This document shows, in pieces, positions 28,904 through 39,873 of a stretch of 64,000 nucleotides of DNA (its first letter is position 1; each line of letters opens with the position of its first letter). Origin of the DNA: an uncultured Mycoplasma sp. Its GTDB lineage: Bacteria > Bacillota_I > Bacilli_A > RF39 > UBA660. The position numbers and the translations under genes are program-made. The DNA lies in assembly GCA_947646115.1 (NCBI GenBank), contig CANSFH010000001.1, forward strand, positions 15,587-79,586, given 5' to 3'. The notes beneath the pieces were generated by a model. That model saw only the letters and a list, made by a program, of their open reading frames with translations. It had not been told where the DNA came from and searched no databases.

Positions 28904-30187
28904 TTATATAAGTTCTTGAGACGCATATTTGGCACTATAAATAATATTACTTAATGAAGATAGTGCTTTAATACTTTCTTCAAATATATCATACTCTTTA
29001 GGATTTGAGCCGTTTTCTTTATATCTTCTCATAACTGTTTCAAAGGCAAGATTAATAATAAAAGAAAATGATGTTTCTAAAGATGCTTCTTGTAAACATA
29101 TAGTGGATAATGTATTAGTAAAATTAGGACTTTGCATTTGATTTATTCTTTCGTATAAAGATGTAAGTTCAATATAAATTTTATAAAATTGGCGTTTTAA
29201 ATTAGATATTTCTTCTTCAGATGTACTTTCTGTAATAGTCTTTTTAATTTCATTTAATTCTTTTTGTTTTTTGCTACAAAGGTGTTTGGTATGTGTAACA
29301 TCTCTATAACAATCTACTTTGTATAAATTAATAATATTTTTGATAATGGTAGGATTAAAGGTATGAAAACAACTTAATATATATGTTATGTGTGCATATA
29401 ATTCATATACTGGTATATTGGGGAATTTCGATTTTAAAAATGTTAACATATTAGCATCAAAGTCGTCATTTTTAGCCAATTCTTCCATTGCATCATAGCC
29501 AAAAATAATAACAAAATATGTATATAATAATTCATATAAAGAATAAGGGCTTTCACTAGAATAAAATTTAAATACTTCTTTGCTATTTTTAACAACATCA
29601 CACCATGTACAATCAGAATATGATTGATGTAAAAAACTCTCATTTAATGAAGCTCGTCCTTCATAACACATAGTTCTAAATTCTTTAGCAAATGGAATAG
29701 TGGCTGGCATCCAAAATGATGCTTGACCTTCTTGAATGTGAGTCAGCTCATGATGAACACTTGTATTTCGAAATATAGGATCTGATTCAGCTAAAAAATA
29801 AACGTTTTTGTTAACAGTATCAGTATAAGCTCCTAATGTACAGCAAAAATTACCACTTTTACTAGGAATATATCTACCGTCTACTATATCAAATTCACCA
29901 TTTTCAATTTCTCTAATTGCCCCTATAAAACAAGAAATCCCATCTGTTTCTGTGTTGAAATCTTCTACTTGAAACACATGCACTTTATTAGTTTTTCTTA
30001 TGGCATCTAAATAACTCTTAATATATTCTTCTTTAGTCTTTCCGAAACAAGGTGGCTGAATATAATGATCAAATGCAAAAATCAAAGCATTTCTTATATA
30101 GCTTTTTGCATCTTCAGGCCAATCTTTAGAAGATAAAATATCTTCTATAATCTTTTGTAAATCCTTTTTATTCTCTATGCAATTCAT
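28904..30187 (-). CDS. hypothetical cytoplasmic protein with HExxH motif
   Basis: 427 aa with no signal peptide. One HExxH (SVHHELTHIQEG). No family recognised. Confidence 0.45.
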   Translation of the reverse strand: MNCIENKKDLQKIIEDILSSKDWPEDAKSYIRNALIFAFDHYIQPPCFGKTKEEYIKSYLDAIRKTNKVHVFQVEDFNTETDGISCFIGAIREIENGEFDIVDGRYIPSKSGNFCCTLGAYTDTVNKNVYFLAESDPIFRNTSVHHELTHIQEGQASFWMPATIPFAKEFRTMCYEGRASLNESFLHQSYSDCTWCDVVKNSKEVFKFYSSESPYSLYELLYTYFVIIFGYDAMEELAKNDDFDANMLTFLKSKFPNIPVYELYAHITYILSCFHTFNPTIIKNIINLYKVDCYRDVTHTKHLCSKKQKELNEIKKTITESTSEEEISNLKRQFYKIYIELTSLYERINQMQSPNFTNTLSTICLQEASLETSFSFIINLAFETVMRRYKENGSNPKEYDIFEESIKALSSLSNIIYSAKYASQELI

Positions 30188-30278
30188 AATTTCCCCTTCT
30201 TTTGGGTGATTATTATAGCATTTATATTGAAAAATGTAAATATCAAGTTATTTTTGATTAATTATCATATAATTTATT

Positions 30279-30653
30279 ATGAATGTTGGAGTAAAATTAC
30301 AAAGATTAAATAATGAAGATATGATTTGGGTGGTATATCTTTTTATTGCTATAGCAGCGATAATTTCAGATAAATTTGAAAGAGATTTTCTTTTGAGCAA
30401 GAATCCTATAGCCCATAAAAAATTCCGAACAATAAATATTGTAGTTTTAACAGTTGCACTTTTTATCTATATTTATTTTGTTTTTTTAAATTATGAAGAT
30501 GTAGCAACATTAAAAAGAGAAGTAACAAAAAAAGAGGTTATATTATCACATGCCTCTTTAGTAGCTGCCTTACTCTTTTTAGTAGGTGGAATTATTACTT
30601 TGTTTGTCGAAATTAATCGAGCTAATACCATTGATGAGGAAATTGGCTTATAA
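30279..30653 (+). CDS. small integral membrane protein
   Basis: 124 aa with about three hydrophobic helices. One of the few plus-strand ORFs, convergent with the deacetylase gene. Confidence 0.4.
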   Translation: MNVGVKLQRLNNEDMIWVVYLFIAIAAIISDKFERDFLLSKNPIAHKKFRTINIVVLTVALFIYIYFVFLNYEDVATLKREVTKKEVILSHASLVAALLFLVGGIITLFVEINRANTIDEEIGL

Positions 30654-31847
30654 TATCTTACGATAAGCATGACCTGGTTCTAAAGTTCGGTTTTTAATTT
30701 TAGCTAGTTCTGTTATGCTTACTACTTGATAACCCATAGAATAAAGTTTAGGTAAAGCTATTTTTAAAGCTTCATAACTAGTTTCATATAATTCGTGCAT
30801 TAAAATTATAGAACCATCATTCACATTTTCTATTATATAATTCACAATATGATCAACATCGCGATAACGCCAATCTTCGGTATCTAGATCCCATAAAATT
30901 AATGGCATATTTATAGTATCTAAATTATTTTTGTTGTATGCGCCATAAGGTGGTCTTAAATACTTGATATTATCACCAGTTAATTCATTATATTTTGTGT
31001 TTAATTTAGCAATATTTTCTTTAACTTCTTCCGACTTACTTCTTTTTATGTTTATATGAGAATAAGTATGAGATGCAACTTCATTACCTGATTTATAAGT
31101 ATCTACTACACATTTACCACAGCTGTCCATCATTGTGCCAACCATAAAGAATGTCGCATGAGCTTTATTTTTAGCTAATTCTTCAAGTATTAAACTATTA
31201 TATTTTTTACTCGGCCCATCATCAAAAGTTAGAGCTACAGTTTTTTTAGAATTAGAATAATTATATCCATCTTCATTTTGATAACTTTTATCTAAAGTTG
31301 GTGTAAAATTCAAAAAGTCTTTTATCTCATTATAATTGATTATTAAACTTATTTTGTCTTGTATTTCATAAGATAGCAAATAATCATAATAATATATTAT
31401 TACCTCGTTATCTTTTACATAGTAGGTTTTATATCCGGTATTTCCCTTATTATTTTTAATATCATCAACTATAAATTCGGGATATTTTAGTTTTAATAGT
31501 TCTAATTCTTTTTTGGCAAATTTATCATTTTTATCAATCTTAATTAAATCAGTAAAAGTGATTTCTTTACCAGTTTTTGTATCTATAATTAGGTTTTGAT
31601 ACTTTGTTTCATTTTTATAAATAATACTTTTAAAATCTTTTACCTGGTTGTTTTCATAAATTTTTTCTAGATTAGGATTGTCTTTTTCAATTTTTTCAAT
31701 TAAAGAATTTATGTCTTGGGGACTAGCATAACTTTCTAATATAACTTTACTATTACTACTATTAGTAGAAAAAAAGATTAATACCGCTAATGTAAGACTT
31801 AAAACTACTATGCTTAATTTTTGAATATTTCTTTTTTCTAACTTCAT
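30648..31847 (-). CDS. polysaccharide/peptidoglycan deacetylase (NodB domain) with N-terminal anchor
   Basis: NodB motifs TFDDGP and HTYSH. Start at the ATG at 31847 (MKLEKRN); the tracked ORF begins at a GTG 9 nt upstream. Confidence 0.8.
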   Translation of the reverse strand: MKLEKRNIQKLSIVVLSLTLAVLIFFSTNSSNSKVILESYASPQDINSLIEKIEKDNPNLEKIYENNQVKDFKSIIYKNETKYQNLIIDTKTGKEITFTDLIKIDKNDKFAKKELELLKLKYPEFIVDDIKNNKGNTGYKTYYVKDNEVIIYYYDYLLSYEIQDKISLIINYNEIKDFLNFTPTLDKSYQNEDGYNYSNSKKTVALTFDDGPSKKYNSLILEELAKNKAHATFFMVGTMMDSCGKCVVDTYKSGNEVASHTYSHINIKRSKSEEVKENIAKLNTKYNELTGDNIKYLRPPYGAYNKNNLDTINMPLILWDLDTEDWRYRDVDHIVNYIIENVNDGSIILMHELYETSYEALKIALPKLYSMGYQVVSITELAKIKNRTLEPGHAYRKIL

Positions 31848-31880
31848 ATAAATCACTACCTATATTTATTATAACTAAAT

Positions 31881-33281
31881 TTAAATGTTTTTTACATCCT
31901 TTTTAGCAAAATATAAATAAGTTAGACATAATATTACAATTATATATATTATAGTTATTCCCATTGATGTAAAAGTGTTAAATCCAAAAGGATGTTTTGC
32001 AAAGTTTAAAAGATAGCTAAAATCCCAATGAATAGATACAAAATATTTTAAAAAACTGATATTGTAAGCTTTTACAAGCGTAACTATAACATTACTAATT
32101 AAGTAAAAAAGAAAAGTTATAGTGGTAGCGGCAGAAGTTGAAGCGGTTATTGTGCTTAAGGAAAAGCAAATAATTCCTAAAACTAAATAAGCCGGAAAAA
32201 TGCTTAATAATTGCATAAAAGTATAAATAAAAATATTATATGAAACTAGTAGTTTAGTACTGGGATTATATATAATAACCGGGATATCTATACCTTGGAA
32301 ACCTAATATAATACCGCCAATTAAAAATTCAATTAAAACCATAAATAAAATTATAATCGGGATAAGTAATAACACGGTTAATAATTTGGCTGTTAAAATA
32401 GTGCTCCTTTTATATGGTTTAGTGAGTAAATATTTAATTGTTCCCTTACTAAATTCTTCACTCATGATAGAGCCACATATCATTATGACATAAATAAGTA
32501 TAAAGATACTAAATTCATTAGCAAATTTTTTTAATATGGCATTAATTGATGAAGGATTATTAATATCAGCTTTATTATCTAAAATATAATTGTTTATTGC
32601 CATTTCTTCTTTTAGGAAAGATAGCCGTTCAGTTTCTAATTTATTATGAGTAGCTTTGTTTTCTAAATTATAATATTCTGGTAAATCTGTTTCTATTTCT
32701 TCAATAGCATTAAATAAATAGTTATTATTATCATATCCTACATTATTATTTAAACGATATTCTTCTAGTTTAATTACTTCTTTAAATTTTTTTTGGGCTA
32801 TAATATCATCTGTATTAGCTATTAAAGACTGATACTTTTCGATTTTTTCTTTAGTAAAAAATTGCCATTCGTTATTTTTAATTTTAGTAAGTTTATTTTC
32901 AATTTCTAAAGAAATTGCTCTCTCTTCTGTTTGATCTTGCAAAATATATTTAGCTTCATATTTAGCATAAATTAAATCATATAAATTATCTATTAAATAT
33001 AATTGAGTGTTATTTTTAAAATTAGTTTTTAATTCGGCTATTTCAATCGTGCTAATATTAGATACATATTCCTCAAGTTCGGTACTATTACTTAAATCTA
33101 ATGTTTTATTAATACTTTTTAATTCGGTTATATCAATATTATCGTCAATATAATTCATACTATCATACTTTTTATATATTACATTAGTTAAAATGCAAAA
33201 TGCTATAAAAATAAGACTAATAACATAAAAGCTTTTTTTTCGAAATAACTTTTTTAATTCTATTTTTATTAATTTAATCAA
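31881..33281 (-). CDS. ABC-2 type permease with large extracytoplasmic loop
   Basis: 466 aa: TM1, a soluble loop of about 230 aa, then 5 TM helices. Overlaps the ATPase gene by 8 nt. Confidence 0.6.
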   Translation of the reverse strand: MIKLIKIELKKLFRKKSFYVISLIFIAFCILTNVIYKKYDSMNYIDDNIDITELKSINKTLDLSNSTELEEYVSNISTIEIAELKTNFKNNTQLYLIDNLYDLIYAKYEAKYILQDQTEERAISLEIENKLTKIKNNEWQFFTKEKIEKYQSLIANTDDIIAQKKFKEVIKLEEYRLNNNVGYDNNNYLFNAIEEIETDLPEYYNLENKATHNKLETERLSFLKEEMAINNYILDNKADINNPSSINAILKKFANEFSIFILIYVIMICGSIMSEEFSKGTIKYLLTKPYKRSTILTAKLLTVLLLIPIIILFMVLIEFLIGGIILGFQGIDIPVIIYNPSTKLLVSYNIFIYTFMQLLSIFPAYLVLGIICFSLSTITASTSAATTITFLFYLISNVIVTLVKAYNISFLKYFVSIHWDFSYLLNFAKHPFGFNTFTSMGITIIYIIVILCLTYLYFAKKDVKNI

Positions 33282-34173
33282 TTTTTTTGCCTCCTGCTCT
33301 TCTAATGAAAGCTTCTTCGAGCGAAAGTGTCTCTTTTTTTACTTCATAAATATTAATATTATTATTAACAAGTTCTTTAATGAGTTCGGCAATTTCTTCT
33401 TCACTTTTTATAACTTCCACGAAATTTTTGTCTAATATATTAGAGTTATTCCCTAATAGTTTTTTAATTTTAGAAGTTTGAGATAATTTTATTATATATT
33501 TGTTTTCATCAATTTCTTTTATTTTTTCAATACTGTTTTCTTCTATTTTTTCGCCATGAGATAAAATACAAACGCGATTGCAAAAACTTTCAAGTTCACT
33601 TAAATTATGACTAGAAATTAGTATTCCTACGCCCTCTTTGGCAAGTTTAATTAAAAGATCTCGCAGCTCTTTTATTCCTTCAGGGTCCAGGCCATTTGTA
33701 GGCTCATCCAAAATTAATAAATTAGGATTATTTATAAGAGCAATCGCTATTCCTAGTCTTTGTCTCATTCCTAGAGAATATTTACTTACTGAATCATAAA
33801 TACGTTTTTCTAAACCAACTAATTTAATAACACGAATAATTTCTTCTTCTGCAATGCCATCATATAAACTAGCTTGCATTTTTAAATTATCATAGCCTGA
33901 AAAATTCATATATACATCGGGAGATTCTACAATACATCCTACTTTAGAAATAGCTTTAACAAAATCTTTTTTGATATCAAATCCATTTATTGATATATGG
34001 CCTTTGGTTGTTTTTTGTAATCCTAAAATACATTTGATAGTGGTAGTTTTGCCAGCACCATTAGGGCCTATAAAAGCTAAAATATCGCCAGAATTAATTT
34101 CAAAACTTATATTTTTGAGAATTTCTTTTTTACCTATTTTTTTACATAGGTTTTCAACTTTTAATATATTCAT
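33274..34173 (-). CDS. ABC transporter ATP-binding protein (ABC-2/BcrA-like)
   Basis: 299 aa with Walker A GPNGAGKTT, signature YSLGMRQR and Walker B LILDEPTNGLD. Confidence 0.85.
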   Translation of the reverse strand: MNILKVENLCKKIGKKEILKNISFEINSGDILAFIGPNGAGKTTTIKCILGLQKTTKGHISINGFDIKKDFVKAISKVGCIVESPDVYMNFSGYDNLKMQASLYDGIAEEEIIRVIKLVGLEKRIYDSVSKYSLGMRQRLGIAIALINNPNLLILDEPTNGLDPEGIKELRDLLIKLAKEGVGILISSHNLSELESFCNRVCILSHGEKIEENSIEKIKEIDENKYIIKLSQTSKIKKLLGNNSNILDKNFVEVIKSEEEIAELIKELVNNNINIYEVKKETLSLEEAFIRRAGGKKID

Positions 34174-34254
34174 TGTTTTTTCCTTTCATAATTTAGAAGT
34201 GACATAAATTAATATACCATATTAGTTTATTAGTTACAAGGTTTTGTTTATTTA

Positions 34255-34283
34255 AGAAAAAAGTGACTATTTAGTATAGTCAC
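34255..34283 (-). terminator. rho-independent terminator after topA
   Basis: 8-bp stem GTGACTAT/ATAGTCAC with a 5-nt loop and a U6 run on the minus strand. The stop codon lies inside the stem. Confidence 0.65.
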
Positions 34284-36291
34284 ATTCTTCACATATAGTG
34301 CTTTTATTTTTATTAACAAGTAAATTATTACAGTTAGGACAGTTTTCACCTGTAGGTTCATACCAAGTTGCATAATTGCATTTTGGATAGTTTGAACAAC
34401 CATAAAATACTTTACCTTTTTTAGTATGACGAGCAACGATATCGTGTTCACATTTTGGACATTTGGCAATAATTTTTACTTCTTTTTCCTCTTTTTTGAT
34501 GTATTTACAAGTTGGATAATTGGAACAAGCAACAAATTCGCCGAAACGACCAGTTCTTATAACTAATTCACTGCCACATTCTGGACAAACTTCCCCAGTT
34601 TTTTCTGGTTCTTTTTTCTCCATTTCTTTAAAGGCTTTTTCAACCAATGGAGCGAATTCATCATAAAATTTTGTTAAAACTTCAATATTATTTATTTTAT
34701 CATCAGCAATTTCATCAAGTTCTGTTTCCATATTAGCAGTATATTCAACATTAACAATATCACTGAAAAATTCTTGAAGTTTATCAGTAGTTTCAAAACC
34801 TATTTCAGTAGGATAGAACTTTTTATCATCAATTGTAACATAACCTCTATCTTTTATAGTTTTCATAATAGTGGCATAAGTACTAGGACGTCCTATTCCT
34901 AGAGATTCCATTTCTTTAATTAAACTAGATTCAGTATATCTTGGAGCAGGTTTTGTAAAATGTTGAAATTTCTCTATTATACTTGCAACAATAACATCAC
35001 TTTTATAATTTTTAAAATCTGGTAAAAGGATATCTTCGGAATCTTCATATTCACTGTATACTTTTAAATAACCGTCAAATTTTAGAACACTACCTGTAGC
35101 TTTAAACATATAGCCATTATTTTCAAGATTTACAGTAGTGGCAAGTGTTTTAGCACTACTCATTAAATAAGCTAAACTGCGAATATAAATTAAACGGTAA
35201 AGCTTGTATTCATCATTACTTAAATATTCTTTTATTGATTCAGGAGTTCTAGTTATACTTGTTGGTCTTATAGCTTCGTGAGCATCTTGGGCTCCTTTTG
35301 GCTCTTTAGAAGCTTTTACATTGCCAACATATTCTTCACCAAACTTGCCTTTAATATATTTTTTAGTATCAGTTACAAAAACATCACTAAGTCTAGTTGA
35401 ATCAGTACGCATATAAGTAATAAGACCGACAGTTTCACTGCCTATATTCATACCTTCATAAAGTTTTTGAGCTATTTGCATTGTTTTGCTTGATGAGAAA
35501 TTAAGACGATTAGCAGCCATTTGTTGAAGAGTTGAAGTTCTAAAAGGATCTTTAGGTTTTTTTAGCTTTTCCTTTTCTTCAACACTAGCAATTTTAAAAG
35601 ATAAAGATAATTTATTTAGTATTTCATCGGCTTCTGATTCAGTATGTATCTCAACCTTTTTATTATGATATTTTTCTAAACTGGCTTTAAAATCTTTAAA
35701 ATCTGCTTCTATAGTCCAGTATTCTTCAGGAACAAAAGCAAGTATTTCACGTTCACGATCAACTATTAATTTTAGAGCAACACTTTGCACACGGCCAGCA
35801 CTTTTACCACCAGTTTTTCTTTGCATTAGTTTACTTAATCTAAAACCGATAATACGGTCAAGCATTCTTCTGGTTTCTTGAGATTTAACTAAATCCATAT
35901 CTATTTTACGGGGGTTATTAATGGAATTTACAACAACATCTTTCGTAATTTCATTAAATACTACACGCTCATAGTCATGTTCTTTTAAGCCAAGCTCGTC
36001 AAAAAGATGCCAAGAAATAGCCTCTCCTTCACGGTCGGGGTCAGTAGCAAGTATTACTTTATTACACTCACTAGCCATCTTTTTTAAAGCGCTAATATCT
36101 TTCTTTTTGCCTGTAATAGGAACATAATTGGGTGCAAAACCATTTTCAATATCTATTCCTAAACCATATTTTCCAGTGGTAGCTAAATCTCTAATATGCC
36201 CTTTACTAGAAACTACTTTATAATCTTTGCCTAAATATTTTTCAATAGTTTTACTTTTTGCAGGAGATTCAACTATTACTAAATTATTCAT
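34267..36291 (-). CDS. topA: DNA topoisomerase I
   Basis: 674 aa. Toprim N-terminus (LVIVESPAKSKTIEKYLG), the active-site region, and C-terminal CxxC zinc ribbons. Confidence 0.92.
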   Translation of the reverse strand: MNNLVIVESPAKSKTIEKYLGKDYKVVSSKGHIRDLATTGKYGLGIDIENGFAPNYVPITGKKKDISALKKMASECNKVILATDPDREGEAISWHLFDELGLKEHDYERVVFNEITKDVVVNSINNPRKIDMDLVKSQETRRMLDRIIGFRLSKLMQRKTGGKSAGRVQSVALKLIVDREREILAFVPEEYWTIEADFKDFKASLEKYHNKKVEIHTESEADEILNKLSLSFKIASVEEKEKLKKPKDPFRTSTLQQMAANRLNFSSSKTMQIAQKLYEGMNIGSETVGLITYMRTDSTRLSDVFVTDTKKYIKGKFGEEYVGNVKASKEPKGAQDAHEAIRPTSITRTPESIKEYLSNDEYKLYRLIYIRSLAYLMSSAKTLATTVNLENNGYMFKATGSVLKFDGYLKVYSEYEDSEDILLPDFKNYKSDVIVASIIEKFQHFTKPAPRYTESSLIKEMESLGIGRPSTYATIMKTIKDRGYVTIDDKKFYPTEIGFETTDKLQEFFSDIVNVEYTANMETELDEIADDKINNIEVLTKFYDEFAPLVEKAFKEMEKKEPEKTGEVCPECGSELVIRTGRFGEFVACSNYPTCKYIKKEEKEVKIIAKCPKCEHDIVARHTKKGKVFYGCSNYPKCNYATWYEPTGENCPNCNNLLVNKNKSTICEECDYTK

Positions 36292-36312
36292 ATATATTTC
36301 CTTTCTTTTTGT

Positions 36313-38358
36313 TTATTCTGTGGAAGCGGAATAACTATTTAGCTTTTTTTCTAAATAGCTGAAGTAATTGGTTTTAATAGCCAAATTACTCATTTTTAAT
36401 TTTAAACTTAGTTCTTCATTAATAGCAAGTATTTCTTCATCAGTATACACTTTATCTGTATAGTATTTTATTTTATTAGTGCTAGCATTAAAGAAGGCAT
36501 ATTCATTTTTCCATGAACCATCCGCGAATAATACTAAAGAATTATAATCTTCGCTTAAGATATCACTACCTAAATAAATTCGAGAATCATAGTCTAATTT
36601 AAATAAATTAGCTAAAGTAGGTGTTAAATTAACATAGGATGTATATTCTGTAAATATTTTTCTTTCAGTACCTTTGTTATATATAATAAATGGTACTTGG
36701 TCCATTAAATTGTCTTCACTTACAGAATAGCCTAAAGCATTTCCTAAACTATCGAGATTTATAGCATATGGATAATGATCACAGAATAAGGCAATAACAG
36801 TATCTTCTAAAATTCCTCTTTCTTCTAGGCCATCTAACAAGATTCCTATAGCATCATCAACAACTTTAAGTCGAGACATGTATACCCTAACATCACTAGG
36901 TAAACTTTTATCAAAAAGACTTCCATACTCTTTATAATATTTACTGCTAGTTCGATAGTATTGATGAGATGTAACTGTAGTTATCCAAGACATAAATGGC
37001 GTATTACTATCTCTTTTATCAAGATTTTTAAGATAATATTCCATCATTTCGGCATCGCTAGCCCATTCCGAACCACTATATTTTAACTTCATATCATCGA
37101 CATTGTAAAATTTATCACTTCCCATATTTTTATGAATTGTCTTACGGTCATAATAAAATTCACTATGATCATGATAACTATCAGCGGTATATCCTTTGTT
37201 TTTGAATAAATTAAAGATACTTTCAAAATAAGTGTTATTGGAATAAATATTAGCAGTACAGTTATTATAAATTGAGTAAAGACCTGTCATGCCACTTAAT
37301 TCATTATTACCAGTGCTACAAGAATTTCTAGGAGAATAATAATTACCAAATACCCAACCATCAAAATATAACTTGTTTAAATTAGGATAAAATTCAGAAT
37401 TATATAAGAGATTGCTTCCAGATTCAAGCATGATTACAATTAAATTTTTGCCTTCGAACATGCCAGTATACTCATTAGTTAAAGAAATATTATTACTTAT
37501 AAAATATTTATTTAAGGTGTTTTTATTTTTATCTGTTTCATTAGCAATTATGTCTTTCCATGTACTATTATTTATAGTTGTTTGACTAACATATGATGTG
37601 TTATTTGAATTATTTCCAGTATTTGGTTCTTTTATATTATCTGGATTATAATTGATTTCAGTATCTAATTCTTTACCAGGAAATAAATATTCTTTAATGT
37701 CTAACATGCTAAATGCGATATAGCCAAATTCATTGACAACTAAACTTGGAGTTGTTGGTTTTATAAAAATTTCATAGGATGAAACTGATTGGCGACTATT
37801 TTGCATAAACTTGAGTTTCATAGTGCCAAAATATGCTAGTATTAAAAAGATTATTATTAAAACATAAAATCCTTTTATTATAGCATTTAGCATATTGGCT
37901 TTTTTCTTAGGCATATCAAAGCTTACGTATTTGTCAAAGAATATATAATATGTTAACACCAGAATAAATGGTATTAATAAGAGATAAAAAGTCCAATGAA
38001 AACTTTTAATAAAATCCCAAATATAATCTGTGACTGCTCCGGCTTGACTATTAACTTGAATTGAGGCATAAACACCAAGAAAATGGTTGAAACCTAATTC
38101 AGCTATACCATAAATAGCAGCAATAAGAATAATTATAGAATTAAATATTTTTCCGACTATTTTAGGTAAAAGCTGTAAAATAAAACTTAAGATAAGAGAA
38201 ATGATATTTAAGCCTATAAATATTCTTAAACCACTATAGGAAAATATTGATAGATTCTCAATTAATCTAAATATTATTTCTTCTACGGTAAAAGCTATAA
38301 TTAATATAAAATAATTTTTAAAGAATTGATTTTGCCATAATTTAACTAATTTGTTCAT
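36313..38358 (-). CDS. ltaS: LTA synthase family protein (sulfatase domain, polytopic N-terminus)
   Basis: 681 aa: about 5 N-terminal TM helices followed by an extracellular alkaline-phosphatase/sulfatase-like domain (MLESGS..., CDHYPY). Confidence 0.75.
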   Translation of the reverse strand: MNKLVKLWQNQFFKNYFILIIAFTVEEIIFRLIENLSIFSYSGLRIFIGLNIISLILSFILQLLPKIVGKIFNSIIILIAAIYGIAELGFNHFLGVYASIQVNSQAGAVTDYIWDFIKSFHWTFYLLLIPFILVLTYYIFFDKYVSFDMPKKKANMLNAIIKGFYVLIIIFLILAYFGTMKLKFMQNSRQSVSSYEIFIKPTTPSLVVNEFGYIAFSMLDIKEYLFPGKELDTEINYNPDNIKEPNTGNNSNNTSYVSQTTINNSTWKDIIANETDKNKNTLNKYFISNNISLTNEYTGMFEGKNLIVIMLESGSNLLYNSEFYPNLNKLYFDGWVFGNYYSPRNSCSTGNNELSGMTGLYSIYNNCTANIYSNNTYFESIFNLFKNKGYTADSYHDHSEFYYDRKTIHKNMGSDKFYNVDDMKLKYSGSEWASDAEMMEYYLKNLDKRDSNTPFMSWITTVTSHQYYRTSSKYYKEYGSLFDKSLPSDVRVYMSRLKVVDDAIGILLDGLEERGILEDTVIALFCDHYPYAINLDSLGNALGYSVSEDNLMDQVPFIIYNKGTERKIFTEYTSYVNLTPTLANLFKLDYDSRIYLGSDILSEDYNSLVLFADGSWKNEYAFFNASTNKIKYYTDKVYTDEEILAINEELSLKLKMSNLAIKTNYFSYLEKKLNSYSASTE

Positions 38359-38992
38359 TTTTACTTAATTCCTCCAAAATTCTTTTTACTGGTCGATAAC
38401 TCATACGATATTCTTCTGTGACACCATATTTTTTTATTAATTCTAGATGTTCTTTAGTAGGATATCCTTTGTGTTTTTTTAAATTATACTCGGGATATTT
38501 CAAATCCATTTCGTACATTATATGATCACGAGTAACTTTAGCTATAACACTAGCAGCGGCAATGGATAGCGATAAAGCATCACCATGAATAATGGGACGT
38601 GATGGAATATCTATATCATTAAGGCTCATAGCATCACTTAATATATATTCAGGTGTTATATCTAAATTATCAAGAGCAATATACATTGCTTTACGAGATG
38701 CTTCTAATATATTTATTTCATCTATTTCTTTAGGAGAAACTATCCCTACTCCAATTGCTAATGCATCCTTATGCAAAATTTCAAAATATTCTTCACGTTT
38801 TTTTTCACTTAATTGTTTGGAATCGTTTAAACCTTCTAACTCATAATTTTTAGGTAGGATAACTGCAGCGGCGACAACTGGACCACATAAAGGACCTCGC
38901 CCTGCTTCATCAACACCAGCTATTAAGGTAATGTTATTTTTGTATAAATCGCGTTCATATTTTAAAAGATTAGATTTAGATTTCATTATCAA
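38342..38992 (-). CDS. rnhB: ribonuclease HII
   Basis: 216 aa with AGVDEAGRGPLCGPVV and DSKQLS. The position after rbgA is the conserved ylqF-rnhB arrangement. Confidence 0.88.
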   Translation of the reverse strand: MIMKSKSNLLKYERDLYKNNITLIAGVDEAGRGPLCGPVVAAAVILPKNYELEGLNDSKQLSEKKREEYFEILHKDALAIGVGIVSPKEIDEINILEASRKAMYIALDNLDITPEYILSDAMSLNDIDIPSRPIIHGDALSLSIAAASVIAKVTRDHIMYEMDLKYPEYNLKKHKGYPTKEHLELIKKYGVTEEYRMSYRPVKRILEELSKNEQIS

Positions 38993-39845
38993 AGCATACT
39001 CCTTTTATGTATTCATCTTTTATATCATTGATAATTCGATTACTGATGCGTTCATAATCTGGTTCGCCAAATCTTATAGCACCCATTTTACGACCTAATT
39101 CATTATAAATCATTTCAAAGTCTAATTCAAGACTTCCACCTTTAATATTGTAACGTTCTTGTAATTTTAGCGGATAATGACGATTTAACTTATTTAGAAT
39201 ATGGACTGCTACTTCATTTACATCAAGTATTTCTGTTTTAATAGAGAAAAATGAAGCTAAATTAAGAGCAATTTCTTGGTTTTCTAATTTAGGCATTAAA
39301 ATTCCTGGCGTATCAAGTAAAACAATATTATGATTGGTTTTTAGCCATGTTAATCCTTTAGTAATACCTGGTTTATTACCTACATTTGCTACTTTTCTGC
39401 CTGCTAGTTTATTGATTAAGGTAGATTTCCCAACGTTAGGAATACCAACTACTAAAGCACGAACTTCTTTTTTATTGAGGCCTTTTTCTTCTCGTTTGGT
39501 TTGCATATCCGCCATAAGTTCATGAGTAAAATTAATTATTTTTTTTATATCGTTATCGCTAGTTAAATCAGCAAGAACTACTTTACTGCCAAGATTTTCA
39601 TAATATTTAACCCATTTATCAGCAAGTACTGGGTCTGTTAAATCTTTTTTAGTCATGATTAGTATTTTGGGTTTGTTTCCTATAATACTATATATATTTG
39701 TTATTTTAGATGACCTTGGTATTCTTGCATCTACTAATTCATAAACTACATCTATATTTTTATATTCTTTAATCATTAATCTTTTGGCTTTTTCCATATG
39801 ACCTGGGTACCAATTGATTGTTGTATTTTGTTGATTGTTTTCCAT
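38976..39845 (-). CDS. rbgA: ribosome biogenesis GTPase A (YlqF/RbgA)
   Basis: 289 aa with WYPGHMEKAKR and circularly permuted G motifs (TKKDL ... GIPNVGKST ... DTPG). Confidence 0.88.
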   Translation of the reverse strand: MENNQQNTTINWYPGHMEKAKRLMIKEYKNIDVVYELVDARIPRSSKITNIYSIIGNKPKILIMTKKDLTDPVLADKWVKYYENLGSKVVLADLTSDNDIKKIINFTHELMADMQTKREEKGLNKKEVRALVVGIPNVGKSTLINKLAGRKVANVGNKPGITKGLTWLKTNHNIVLLDTPGILMPKLENQEIALNLASFFSIKTEILDVNEVAVHILNKLNRHYPLKLQERYNIKGGSLELDFEMIYNELGRKMGAIRFGEPDYERISNRIINDIKDEYIKGVCFDNEI

Positions 39846-39873
39846 AACTTTTTCACTTCCTTACAATTTTTAT

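Noticed and set aside
34248-34469. 73-aa same-strand alternative-frame ORF inside the topA 3' end, and similar cases at 20000..20182, 29443..29643, 43192..43374 and 62677..62859
   Set aside because: These are out-of-frame overlaps with confidently identified genes and show no independent translation signals.
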